A stretch of 64,000 nucleotides of DNA from a virus (Duplodnaviria > Caudoviricetes). The notes beneath the pieces are model-generated. The model did not search any database. It was not told where the DNA came from and saw only the letters and a list, made by a program, of their open reading frames with translations. A program made the position numbers and the translations under genes. The stretch is from positions 1,176 through 65,175 of the IMG/VR virus record IMGVR_UViG_3300027899_000014; one strand, 5' to 3'. Shown piece by piece: positions 55,200 to 64,000 of this stretch (position 1 is the first letter of the stretch; the number at the start of each line of letters is the position of its first letter).

Positions 55200-58100
55200 T
55201 TATGCGCAAGCAACAATTCTCAAATCTTTTACAGTTGGAATAGCGCAAGTATTTGAAGATTGCATTACTAATTTAACTGCAACGGTATCAAATTGTCCTA
55301 TAGTTGAATGAATATTAATACTACCTTGAACAGTAGATGAATTAACAACTGACATTGTCAATGTAGATTTACCTACATCTGCTCCTGTACCATTAACTAT
55401 AGCAGTAATTAATGATGCAGTACCTACGCCTACACCAGTTACTAATGATCCAATTGATACACCAACAGTGGTAGGTATTACAATTGTGTTTGTGCCGGAA
55501 ACACCACTAATTGTTTCTACAGTAATAATGTTATCCGTTTCTACATTATAGTGATAATCTGTAAATGTAAAATCACTCAAATCAGTTTTTATTACTGGAG
55601 TAGCAGGTTCTATTTTAACCCAATTTAACGTATTTATATCACCTGATTTTATTGCTTTATAATATACAAATACATCAGAACTTAAAGGAACATTTGCAGA
55701 AAAATTTATTTTTAAATAGCCACAAACTTGATTAAGTATAATGTTATTAGAAACATATTTACTAACAGTAGAACTTCCTACAGGAGTAATATCATCCTTA
55801 AACATTACTTTATTAACTATAGTAGTACCAGCTATTGAAGCTTGACTTGTAAAATCTTGTAATGCACTATCAACAAAAGATACAAATAGTTTTCCGGTAG
55901 TACCGTCATCTGTAATATGAGATACAAGAAATGTACCATTATTTAATGATGAAGTTGTTCCTGCAATAGTAATATAAGTTCCAATAGCAATAGCTTTTAA
56001 CTTACCTCTAAATGTAGCATCTGTACTGCTGATAAAAGCATTTCCATATACAGTATCTGCCATTTTAGTATTAAAAGTTAATCCTACTCCAGTAAATACA
56101 GATACTTCATCAATTAATGCTAGATTTGTATTACTTTCATATGGTTTATTAATTTTATTTGCTATTAATACAGAACTAACTCTATGAGTATCAATGATAG
56201 GAGATAAACTATCTTTTGTAGTTTTAATTGTTGCAGTAAGAGTTAATGGTTTTATTCCATTAAGACCTGCATTTGCTTCATTAACTTCAGATACAATCAT
56301 TCTAGGTGAATTAAAATAATTTGTATCATTAGAAACACATGCAACAGATGCCGCGTCAATAACATAAGGTGTTTCAAAACCATCTACAGATTTTCCTGAC
56401 GCAGTTCTAATTTTATAATCAATACTAGTTTCTGGAAAATTCAAGTTTGTAAATGAAGGTTGAATCGCATCATATTGAATATTTTTTGATAATAACCATA
56501 CTTCAGATGAACTAGCTGGCCCAGCGTATCCAGAAGCTGTAGCATTACCTCCAGCAGTTATTGTATATGAATCCATATCAACATTTGCTATAGTTCTATC
56601 ACCATTTAAATTTGCTGCAGTAATACCATTTATAGTATTAGCAACACCACTAATTCTAACAATACTTCCTGAAGGCATACCATGATCCTGATGCCATACT
56701 CTAACTAAGGCAGAGCCACTTGTAGTTTGGAATGGATATGCATCAAATGAATCAATTGTAATTTTAGTGGTTGGAATTACATCATTAATAAAATCAATAC
56801 TACCTACTGCGTTTACATCAAATTTAGCTCTGTATACTGTAAATTTCATATCTTGAGTATCGCATGGAGTCCATGATTGCCCATTTTGAGATTTATATAA
56901 TACACCAGCATAAGGTTGTTGTGTTATAGTTTGTGTAGAATCTGGAATCAAATTACCCATTTCAGAAATCCAAACTCTATAAAGAATAGAATCACTCAAT
57001 AATACAATTGCATAATCTGTACCATCTTTTACATACACAGGACTTTTAAAATTAAATGTTGTAGGTGTATCATACTTTGGATATGGTACATCTCCGCCTT
57101 CTTCAGCCGTTACAGTAACAATTGTTGAAGACAAATTAATTTGTTCCGGTAATAATGTAACTGAACTAAATGGTAAAATAGTTGCACCTGGATATCCATT
57201 AACTGTTTCACGAATTTGTAATGTTACAGGAATACTAGGATCTTTTTTAGCAAAGAATATATCTACTTTAGTTAAGAAGCATCCACCTGGTTGATCTTTA
57301 ATAGTAAATGTTTGAGCAAGAGGATCATACCAACCAGTACCTGAAACAACTCTTTCAGATGTTTCTGTAATAACTCTATTATCTGTTAAACGTTCTTGTA
57401 CTAATTCGCCATTTCTTGTAGCAGTATATGTTGCTTGTTTAGTTTGTAATACACCATTTGCTTCATACATACTAGTCCCTCTAGAATTAAATAATCCTAA
57501 TGGAGTTGCGGTATCTTGTAGTTTAAATTCACGTTTGCCAGTTCTAAATCTAACGCTATCAGTATTAGGAATATCAAATAATAAATTAGCACTACCATTA
57601 AAATTAGTTATTACTGAATTACCTTTTACTTTAGCAACTGGAGTGGCTGTTAATGTACCATAAGCAAGACTAACGTTTCCTTTTACAACATCTCCAGATA
57701 AGAATGAACCCTTAATATTAACAACATATATTGATTTATGTAATGTAATTGGATTATATTCTATGTCTACAATAACTGCTGTTGCAGGACATCCTGATGA
57801 ATCTGGAGTTTGATACGCAGTAGCACCTCTAAGTGATACAAATATAATATCACCTCGATTTAAACAAACTTGAGTATCACCATTTATTCTACGTTGTGCA
57901 TTAGAAGAATCTCCACCAACATTAGACGCATAATCAAATATTCCACTAACAGAAGTTCCAAGATCTAATTTTGTAGCAGGTGTACAATAGTTAGAAATAT
58001 CCATATTTTCAAAGAATGGATAAAATTCTGTTTCTGGTTTTAATGCTTTTGCTTGAATTAAAACATTTCTTGAACGAATGTATGGAATAACAGCAGATGA

Positions 58101-61100
58101 TACAATTCTATCTTCCGTTAATTGAGTATCAACTTTAGCAACTAATGTTGTATTAACACCGCTTCTATATTGTCCCTTTGTAGTCGCAGTAGTAGTTGTT
58201 AATGTATAAGAACCTCCATAAAGACTCCAATGACCATTTAATGAAAAACTCTGTCCGGTTAATCCTCTAGCTTGAGCCTGTGCGGCAAGTCCTCCGCTAT
58301 AGGCATTAGTAATAACGGGTTTGCCTGACCATTGAGTTTGCCAAGCATTCCAAATAGTACCAAGAACTCCTGAAGATTCTCCCAATATTTTAATAGTATT
58401 ATAGTTACCTTCAACATTATTAATAATATCCGGTCTACGTTCTGTTTCAAACCAATCATCAGAAGAAGGAGTTAATTCCATTTTACCTAGAAAAGTAAAA
58501 ATTGCAAATGGATTTATACGTTCCGTTCTTGAACCTAAAGTTTGTTCTGCTATTTTAACATGATCTATTACAGGCAATGTTATAATATCACCGTACATTT
58601 TATAACTATTTGATGTTCTAGCACCTTCAGTTTTATTTTTCTCAATTATATTAATGTTTTGCATTGTATAAAATGGACGCAATTGATTATTTTCTTGATC
58701 AATAGCACACAAATAATCAGGTGACAAGGTATTACCTATGCCATGTCCATTGAAACTATCTACAATAAATCCATTTTGGAATCTATCTAAACCAGAAGTA
58801 TCTGTTATCTTCATTGATACAGTTTCTTGTTCAAGTAATGATAAAGATGTATAATACTCTAAATTTTCAATTCGTTTTTCTAGTTTACCGATATCACGCA
58901 TAGTATATCGTTTATTTTCTGCCTTCGTGAAAATAACATTATCAATACTAGTATTTAATGTGTATGGAGCAAGAGTTAATGAATACAACTCCATACCTGT
59001 TGACATTACAGGTGGTTGTAATGGAGGTATGTTTGGTGTACCTTTTACATTAACAAAATTACCGGTATAATCAATATAGATTTTATCCAATCTAGGCAAA
59101 TAATAATCATAATCTATGTTTACATCAATAGCTCTTTTAGGTAAAAATGTAGTAGATGTCCAAGAAGAACCGTTATATGCTGGACGGAAATCTATAACAT
59201 CTCTTAATGAGAATCCTGTGTATGTTGGAATTTCATTATAGCCAATACCTGTGTATGATTCTACTGTAAAATAATCACCTGTACCATGGGCAAAATATTC
59301 AAAATACACTTGAACTGGCGCAGTAGGTGGAGAGAAAGATGATTTTAAAGTTAAACGACTATAATCATAATGAGTTTCTCTTTGACCATCATCAAAATCA
59401 TATCTGTCTGAAATGTCTATAGTGTAATCACCAGTAGGAGCAGCAAATGTGCCCGATTTCATTTTGATAGATAAAACCCTGAAAGTATCTGCATAACCAA
59501 GATTTAATGTGGTTGCCTGTCCTAATGTAGCCGTAGTATATGTTGTATTACTAATAGTTGCAGTTTTGGTTCTTCTAGTAGATGTAGCACCAGTTTTATT
59601 AATAGCTGCGGATAGAATAACACTTTGGCCATTATAAGAAGCATTTACGGATATTGTTACTTGATTTCCTGCAACAACTATACCAGTAATTGGAACAATT
59701 GCAGAGGTTGTAGATAATAAGTAATTTTCATATGCTGCAGCAGAGGCAAATGTTCCAGTATCAGTTGTTTGGAATGCTACTTGACCCGAAGCTACAGTTA
59801 ACGCAGCAAATCTTTCAAATACTGTATAACTAATATCAGAAGATGCTTTAATAAATGAATTTGGTAATGGAAATATTAATCCTGAATTGTTAGGTTCAAC
59901 AATATCTGTAGATATTAAAGAAAATGTAGATCCTGTAATTGCAACTGAAGGTGATGAATCTATAGTTATTGCTGAATTACCTGCAATTGCAGTAACTCTT
60001 TTTACCTGTCCTGCAATATAAAGATAGTCACCTACTCTTAATACTGATAGAAAGTTTGTTCCAGTTCCAGTAAGTGATGTAGTTGAACCTGTTATGGTTC
60101 CTAATAACTGAGTTAAATTTGGACTAATATCAGCAACAAATCCAGATATAGCAAATGATTTTGTATCTCTACTAAAATTTTTGCCTACTCTCATAGAAAT
60201 ATCAAAAATAAACAATTTGTATATTGTAGTTGTTTGATATACTAAACCATTATCCCATTCTACACCTCTAACTTTACAAGTACCAATTATGTTACCTGCT
60301 CCTGCAAGTTGATCATAAATGTTAATTGTTACATTATTTTTATAGTCTGGTATGCCGGCTAAATTTTTAACAAAGACATAATTACCTACAGTTGCAGTTA
60401 CTTTAGCATTATTTACAGAATTATAAGTTCTTGCTTTATCTACATCTACAAATTCAGTAGAAGGTTTTTGAATTTTATATCCTTGAACATATGCTTTACC
60501 TGCTTCCATACCAATAGCAAGTTTTGCTTCATTACCAAAATTGGCATAGGCAACGGCCTCAGCATTTGTGCCACTATCACTTGTTATAATAACATTTGGA
60601 TTTGAAGTAAATCCAGAACCTATATTAATAACATCAATACCAATTAATTTGCCTTCACTATTAATTTTAGCTGCAGCAGATGCACCAATACCACCTCCAC
60701 CTGAAAAACTAATGGTAGGAGCAGTTAAAAATCCAGAACCTTGTTTTGTAACTTCAATTGAAATTACAGAACCAAAGGAATCATATACACCTCTATTATA
60801 ATTAGGTTTTGGTGTATATTCCCATTGAACTCCAGTAGTGGTACCATCGTACACTTTACCTACAGTATGAGTTGGACCTGTAGATCCAGCAGAAGTAGCG
60901 GTGTTTCTAGCAGTATATAATTTGTTACTGTTTGAAACAATATCACCTAATAAATATAATCTATCAGATATCCAATTACTTCTATCATTATTTCTATGTT
61001 CACGTACATCTATTCCAAAAGGTACTACAATATAGTCTCCTGATTCATCATAAGTTCTTTCTGCCAAAGTTTTTTCTAATTGCGCATAATCTGTACCGCT

Positions 61101-61910
61101 TTTTATACTCAATATTCTACCATTAACAACTCGTGCTAATTCAATAAAATTAGAATCAGTAGTTGTACCAATAGGTAGTTTTGTCAAAACTAAATCTATA
61201 AAATGTCTATGTGATCCTGGAGCAGAATAATTATAACTATTTTGTGCATTATCTAGTAATGATTCATCTTCATACTCAGTAATGATAGATTCATTAATAG
61301 TTAACCCGATTCTATAAGAAGGTATGTTTGAATATTTGTCTAATATAACAGTTTGGCTATCTGCTAAAACAAAAAATCCATTAATGTAATATACACCTCT
61401 TTTTATAATCCCTGCTGAACCAATACCAGTAGCATTGGTAGAAATAGATTGTACAGAATGTGTTTCATCTGCAAGAGATATTACTTCTGAATTACTAAAT
61501 GGAACAGAAGCGGAGGAATTATCAGATGTTATATAACGAACAAATAAAGTTGCTGGATCAGTATTATCATGCGCAGTAGCATATAAAACTTCTGCCGTAA
61601 TACCACTAGTAGCACCTACAATTTGTTTACCTATAAAAGAATTTATGAAATCATTTACGTCAACTCCACCATAAGTAGGATCTACTTTTATATAATTATA
61701 TTTTGTGTCAACTGAAAATTCACCAGGAATTACCATGGAACCCTGTTTGAAAATATGGTCTCCATGTCTTTTAACTTGTTGTTGGACAATTGTTTGGAGT
61801 TGTGTTAATTCTCTTGCTTGAACAGGATATCCTGGACGAAACAATATTTTATAGAATTTTTTATCTTCATTGTAATCGTCGTAGTACGGTTCTGTATTAA
61901 AATCTAACAT
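55200..61910 (-). CDS. Large VrlC-like (DUF4815-type) virion structural protein
   Basis: PYYDDY...LFRPG..VQARELTQLQ, RYTMRDIGKLEKRIENLEYYT, DPLAQTF, DLRIVA end. Confidence 0.88.
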   Translation of the reverse strand: MLDFNTEPYYDDYNEDKKFYKILFRPGYPVQARELTQLQTIVQQQVKRHGDHIFKQGSMVIPGEFSVDTKYNYIKVDPTYGGVDVNDFINSFIGKQIVGATSGITAEVLYATAHDNTDPATLFVRYITSDNSSASVPFSNSEVISLADETHSVQSISTNATGIGSAGIIKRGVYYINGFFVLADSQTVILDKYSNIPSYRIGLTINESIITEYEDESLLDNAQNSYNYSAPGSHRHFIDLVLTKLPIGTTTDSNFIELARVVNGRILSIKSGTDYAQLEKTLAERTYDESGDYIVVPFGIDVREHRNNDRSNWISDRLYLLGDIVSNSNKLYTARNTATSAGSTGPTHTVGKVYDGTTTGVQWEYTPKPNYNRGVYDSFGSVISIEVTKQGSGFLTAPTISFSGGGGIGASAAAKINSEGKLIGIDVINIGSGFTSNPNVIITSDSGTNAEAVAYANFGNEAKLAIGMEAGKAYVQGYKIQKPSTEFVDVDKARTYNSVNNAKVTATVGNYVFVKNLAGIPDYKNNVTINIYDQLAGAGNIIGTCKVRGVEWDNGLVYQTTTIYKLFIFDISMRVGKNFSRDTKSFAISGFVADISPNLTQLLGTITGSTTSLTGTGTNFLSVLRVGDYLYIAGQVKRVTAIAGNSAITIDSSPSVAITGSTFSLISTDIVEPNNSGLIFPLPNSFIKASSDISYTVFERFAALTVASGQVAFQTTDTGTFASAAAYENYLLSTTSAIVPITGIVVAGNQVTISVNASYNGQSVILSAAINKTGATSTRRTKTATISNTTYTTATLGQATTLNLGYADTFRVLSIKMKSGTFAAPTGDYTIDISDRYDFDDGQRETHYDYSRLTLKSSFSPPTAPVQVYFEYFAHGTGDYFTVESYTGIGYNEIPTYTGFSLRDVIDFRPAYNGSSWTSTTFLPKRAIDVNIDYDYYLPRLDKIYIDYTGNFVNVKGTPNIPPLQPPVMSTGMELYSLTLAPYTLNTSIDNVIFTKAENKRYTMRDIGKLEKRIENLEYYTSLSLLEQETVSMKITDTSGLDRFQNGFIVDSFNGHGIGNTLSPDYLCAIDQENNQLRPFYTMQNINIIEKNKTEGARTSNSYKMYGDIITLPVIDHVKIAEQTLGSRTERINPFAIFTFLGKMELTPSSDDWFETERRPDIINNVEGNYNTIKILGESSGVLGTIWNAWQTQWSGKPVITNAYSGGLAAQAQARGLTGQSFSLNGHWSLYGGSYTLTTTTATTKGQYRSGVNTTLVAKVDTQLTEDRIVSSAVIPYIRSRNVLIQAKALKPETEFYPFFENMDISNYCTPATKLDLGTSVSGIFDYASNVGGDSSNAQRRINGDTQVCLNRGDIIFVSLRGATAYQTPDSSGCPATAVIVDIEYNPITLHKSIYVVNIKGSFLSGDVVKGNVSLAYGTLTATPVAKVKGNSVITNFNGSANLLFDIPNTDSVRFRTGKREFKLQDTATPLGLFNSRGTSMYEANGVLQTKQATYTATRNGELVQERLTDNRVITETSERVVSGTGWYDPLAQTFTIKDQPGGCFLTKVDIFFAKKDPSIPVTLQIRETVNGYPGATILPFSSVTLLPEQINLSSTIVTVTAEEGGDVPYPKYDTPTTFNFKSPVYVKDGTDYAIVLLSDSILYRVWISEMGNLIPDSTQTITQQPYAGVLYKSQNGQSWTPCDTQDMKFTVYRAKFDVNAVGSIDFINDVIPTTKITIDSFDAYPFQTTSGSALVRVWHQDHGMPSGSIVRISGVANTINGITAANLNGDRTIANVDMDSYTITAGGNATASGYAGPASSSEVWLLSKNIQYDAIQPSFTNLNFPETSIDYKIRTASGKSVDGFETPYVIDAASVACVSNDTNYFNSPRMIVSEVNEANAGLNGIKPLTLTATIKTTKDSLSPIIDTHRVSSVLIANKINKPYESNTNLALIDEVSVFTGVGLTFNTKMADTVYGNAFISSTDATFRGKLKAIAIGTYITIAGTTSSLNNGTFLVSHITDDGTTGKLFVSFVDSALQDFTSQASIAGTTIVNKVMFKDDITPVGSSTVSKYVSNNIILNQVCGYLKINFSANVPLSSDVFVYYKAIKSGDINTLNWVKIEPATPVIKTDLSDFTFTDYHYNVETDNIITVETISGVSGTNTIVIPTTVGVSIGSLVTGVGVGTASLITAIVNGTGADVGKSTLTMSVVNSSTVQGSINIHSTIGQFDTVAVKLVMQSSNTCAIPTVKDLRIVACA

Positions 61911-61950
61911 GATTCTCTCTTTGTCCTAAAGGTATTGTTATCATTATTTA

Positions 61951-64000
61951 TTAGAATCCAATTATTGTTCTAAGAGTAACTGTTTGTTGTTCAGTAGGGG
62001 TAAATGCGTTTCTATTATCTATATACATTAAATCACCCGAATATTTATCTATAGTAGGCGGTGCTGCATCAAGCATCGTAAATGTTTGCGCAGGATTTGA
62101 AACTAGATACATAACTTTACCAACATCTAATGTATAATTATCCAATGATTGTAATAACATGGCACTTCCTGTATTTGTTACAATCCTAAATCTTGAATTA
62201 GTTGTAAATTCTGCAATCAATTCATCAGGTGCAAATGTAACATTACTTGTATTTGCATAAACTACCCAACAAGCAGTTTCAAATACAGTTGTAGCAATGT
62301 AAGTAGTATTGTATTTGTATATATTACGAAGAATTCCCACTTGTCTATAATTATTATTTACTGTAAACCCTTGGTTTTTATAATTTGATATATCACTAAA
62401 AAACATTAAACCACTTGCTTTTAATTCATTTAAAGCATTTTTACCGTGTCCACCATAGGGTGATATAATTGCTCGGGCAGTTGCTCCTTTGCCTGTTCCA
62501 GATATAGTAACATTAGACCAAGTATATCCATAACCTTGAGTTAATATATTTATTTTTGTAACTCTACCTGAATTTATAGTTACTGTAGCAGTAGCACCTG
62601 TACCATCTCCTGTAATAGCAACTGTAGCAGATGTATAACCATAACCTCCTGAAACTACAGGAATATTCATTAATTTACCAGAAACAGTTAGTAATTCAAC
62701 ATTTGCTTGTAATGAATTAATATCACCAATTGATAATGAAGGAGTTAATTGAGCACCTGTTCCATCACCTGAAATGTCTATATACGCAACAGAATACCCT
62801 ACACCACCATCAATAATTTGAACACCTGTAATTTGTCCACTTGATATTATTGGTACTAATCTTGCACTTGAACCTGTTGTTGTTGCTGTTATTAAACCAT
62901 TTACACCAGATACATCATTAATACTAATAACAGGTATTTTGGTATAACCTGCTCCACACTTCATATTAGGAGTAGCAGTAGCACTTATACCTGCATAAGT
63001 TAAAGTTGCTGTTCCATTAGCAACTGCTCCACTTTCATGAACTGGAGCAGTAGAACCTGAAGTTCCACCTATAGTAACTGTGTATAATCTATTAGCATAA
63101 AATATTTGTTGATTAGTTGTGTATAATGTGGTTGCTGTCCACAGTGTGCCTATAGTTATTGTTGGTGTCGTTGTATATGATCCAGACCCTGTAACAATTA
63201 CATTAATTAATGAACCATTTTGTAGCACTGCACTTGCAGTTCCGCCACCTGAACCTGAAATAGAAACAGAAGGGGTGTTAGTATATCCAGATCCTACATT
63301 TGCAACATCAATATTTGCAATAATTTTATTTAGTGTAACAGTACTTAATTGATTACTACCGTTTTTTGTTACTGTTCCAGTAGCGCGAGCTCCAACAAAT
63401 TCTAAAGCAACGGTTCCATTTGTTACTATACCACTTGTATGGATTGGCCCAGTAGTTGTAAATGTTCCAGGTATAACTACCTTATAGTAGTTATTATTAT
63501 ACACTATAATTTGGTTTAAAATAGCATATCCACCTGATGCCCATGCACTAGAATTACTAAATGGTGGTTCAATTGTTATAGTAGGTGATGTGTATCCTGA
63601 ACCAACTGCCGTTATACTTGCACCTAATACATAAAGTGGATCAGCTTCTAAATACCCATCGCCTTTTAAAGTTAAAATAGCTCCAGTGTATCCTGAACCT
63701 CGTGCATCAACTTTAATTATTTGTATGTTACCTTTAGAATAAAATTGTTGTTGTAATGCCGTAAGAATCGGCATATGAGTGCCGGTAAGAAATTTATTTC
63801 TAAGAGAAATAGGAATACTATATATAAATTTCCAAATGTACCCATCTAATGTAGTTATTGTTTCTGCACTAGCACCATAAGGTTGTTGTGTGGATATTGT
63901 GTTATTATTATTATCAATACACATATACACATTAAAGTTATCAGCCAACACATAATAACTAGAATCTTCTAACCTTTGTACACCGGTTTGTCCTTTAACC
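61951..64000 (-). CDS. Baseplate wedge protein (gp8-like) with inserted repeats, truncated at window end
   Basis: YV...FNVY.C.DN, DGYIWKFIY, P.GGHG, YRQVGI, SGDLMYIDNR; frame stays open to 64000. Confidence 0.8.
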   Translation of the reverse strand, partial: VKGQTGVQRLEDSSYYVLADNFNVYMCIDNNNNTISTQQPYGASAETITTLDGYIWKFIYSIPISLRNKFLTGTHMPILTALQQQFYSKGNIQIIKVDARGSGYTGAILTLKGDGYLEADPLYVLGASITAVGSGYTSPTITIEPPFSNSSAWASGGYAILNQIIVYNNNYYKVVIPGTFTTTGPIHTSGIVTNGTVALEFVGARATGTVTKNGSNQLSTVTLNKIIANIDVANVGSGYTNTPSVSISGSGGGTASAVLQNGSLINVIVTGSGSYTTTPTITIGTLWTATTLYTTNQQIFYANRLYTVTIGGTSGSTAPVHESGAVANGTATLTYAGISATATPNMKCGAGYTKIPVISINDVSGVNGLITATTTGSSARLVPIISSGQITGVQIIDGGVGYSVAYIDISGDGTGAQLTPSLSIGDINSLQANVELLTVSGKLMNIPVVSGGYGYTSATVAITGDGTGATATVTINSGRVTKINILTQGYGYTWSNVTISGTGKGATARAIISPYGGHGKNALNELKASGLMFFSDISNYKNQGFTVNNNYRQVGILRNIYKYNTTYIATTVFETACWVVYANTSNVTFAPDELIAEFTTNSRFRIVTNTGSAMLLQSLDNYTLDVGKVMYLVSNPAQTFTMLDAAPPTIDKYSGDLMYIDNRNAFTPTEQQTVTLRTIIGF

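Noticed and set aside
1-64000. Stop-codon reassignment
   Set aside because: Core genes are full length under the standard code with dense packing; the only breaks are explained by split inteins

Overview
This 64 kb, AT-rich segment comes from a T4-like (far-T4, environmental myovirus-type) bacteriophage genome, and almost every gene lies on the minus strand. Read right to left it holds baseplate and fibre genes, neck/tail/packaging/head genes (gp13-15, 17-23, 3), recombination and late-sigma genes (uvsY, uvsW, 55, 47, 46), a vWA-peptidase/MoxR pair, clamp and clamp loader, regA, hsp20, a lysis cassette, early small genes, ligase, dexA, gp43, uvsX, gp40, gp41, a MazG-like gene and an AEP-like gene cut by the window edge. 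Four things stand out. (1) Two fractured genes, uvsX and terminase gp17, are each rejoined by a naturally split intein with a free-standing homing endonuclease between the halves. (2) A covarying stem/internal-loop/stem motif sits upstream of all three GIY-YIG endonuclease genes. (3) The scaffold proteins gp22 and gp67 are expanded with arrays of constant-flank, variable-centre basic modules bounded by protease-type sites, suggesting polyprotein capsid cargo. (4) A 1143-aa protein of ~18-residue repeats sits next to small beta-rich subunits. There are also several candidate structured RNAs and regulatory sites. All calls come from reading motifs and synteny; no searches were run.
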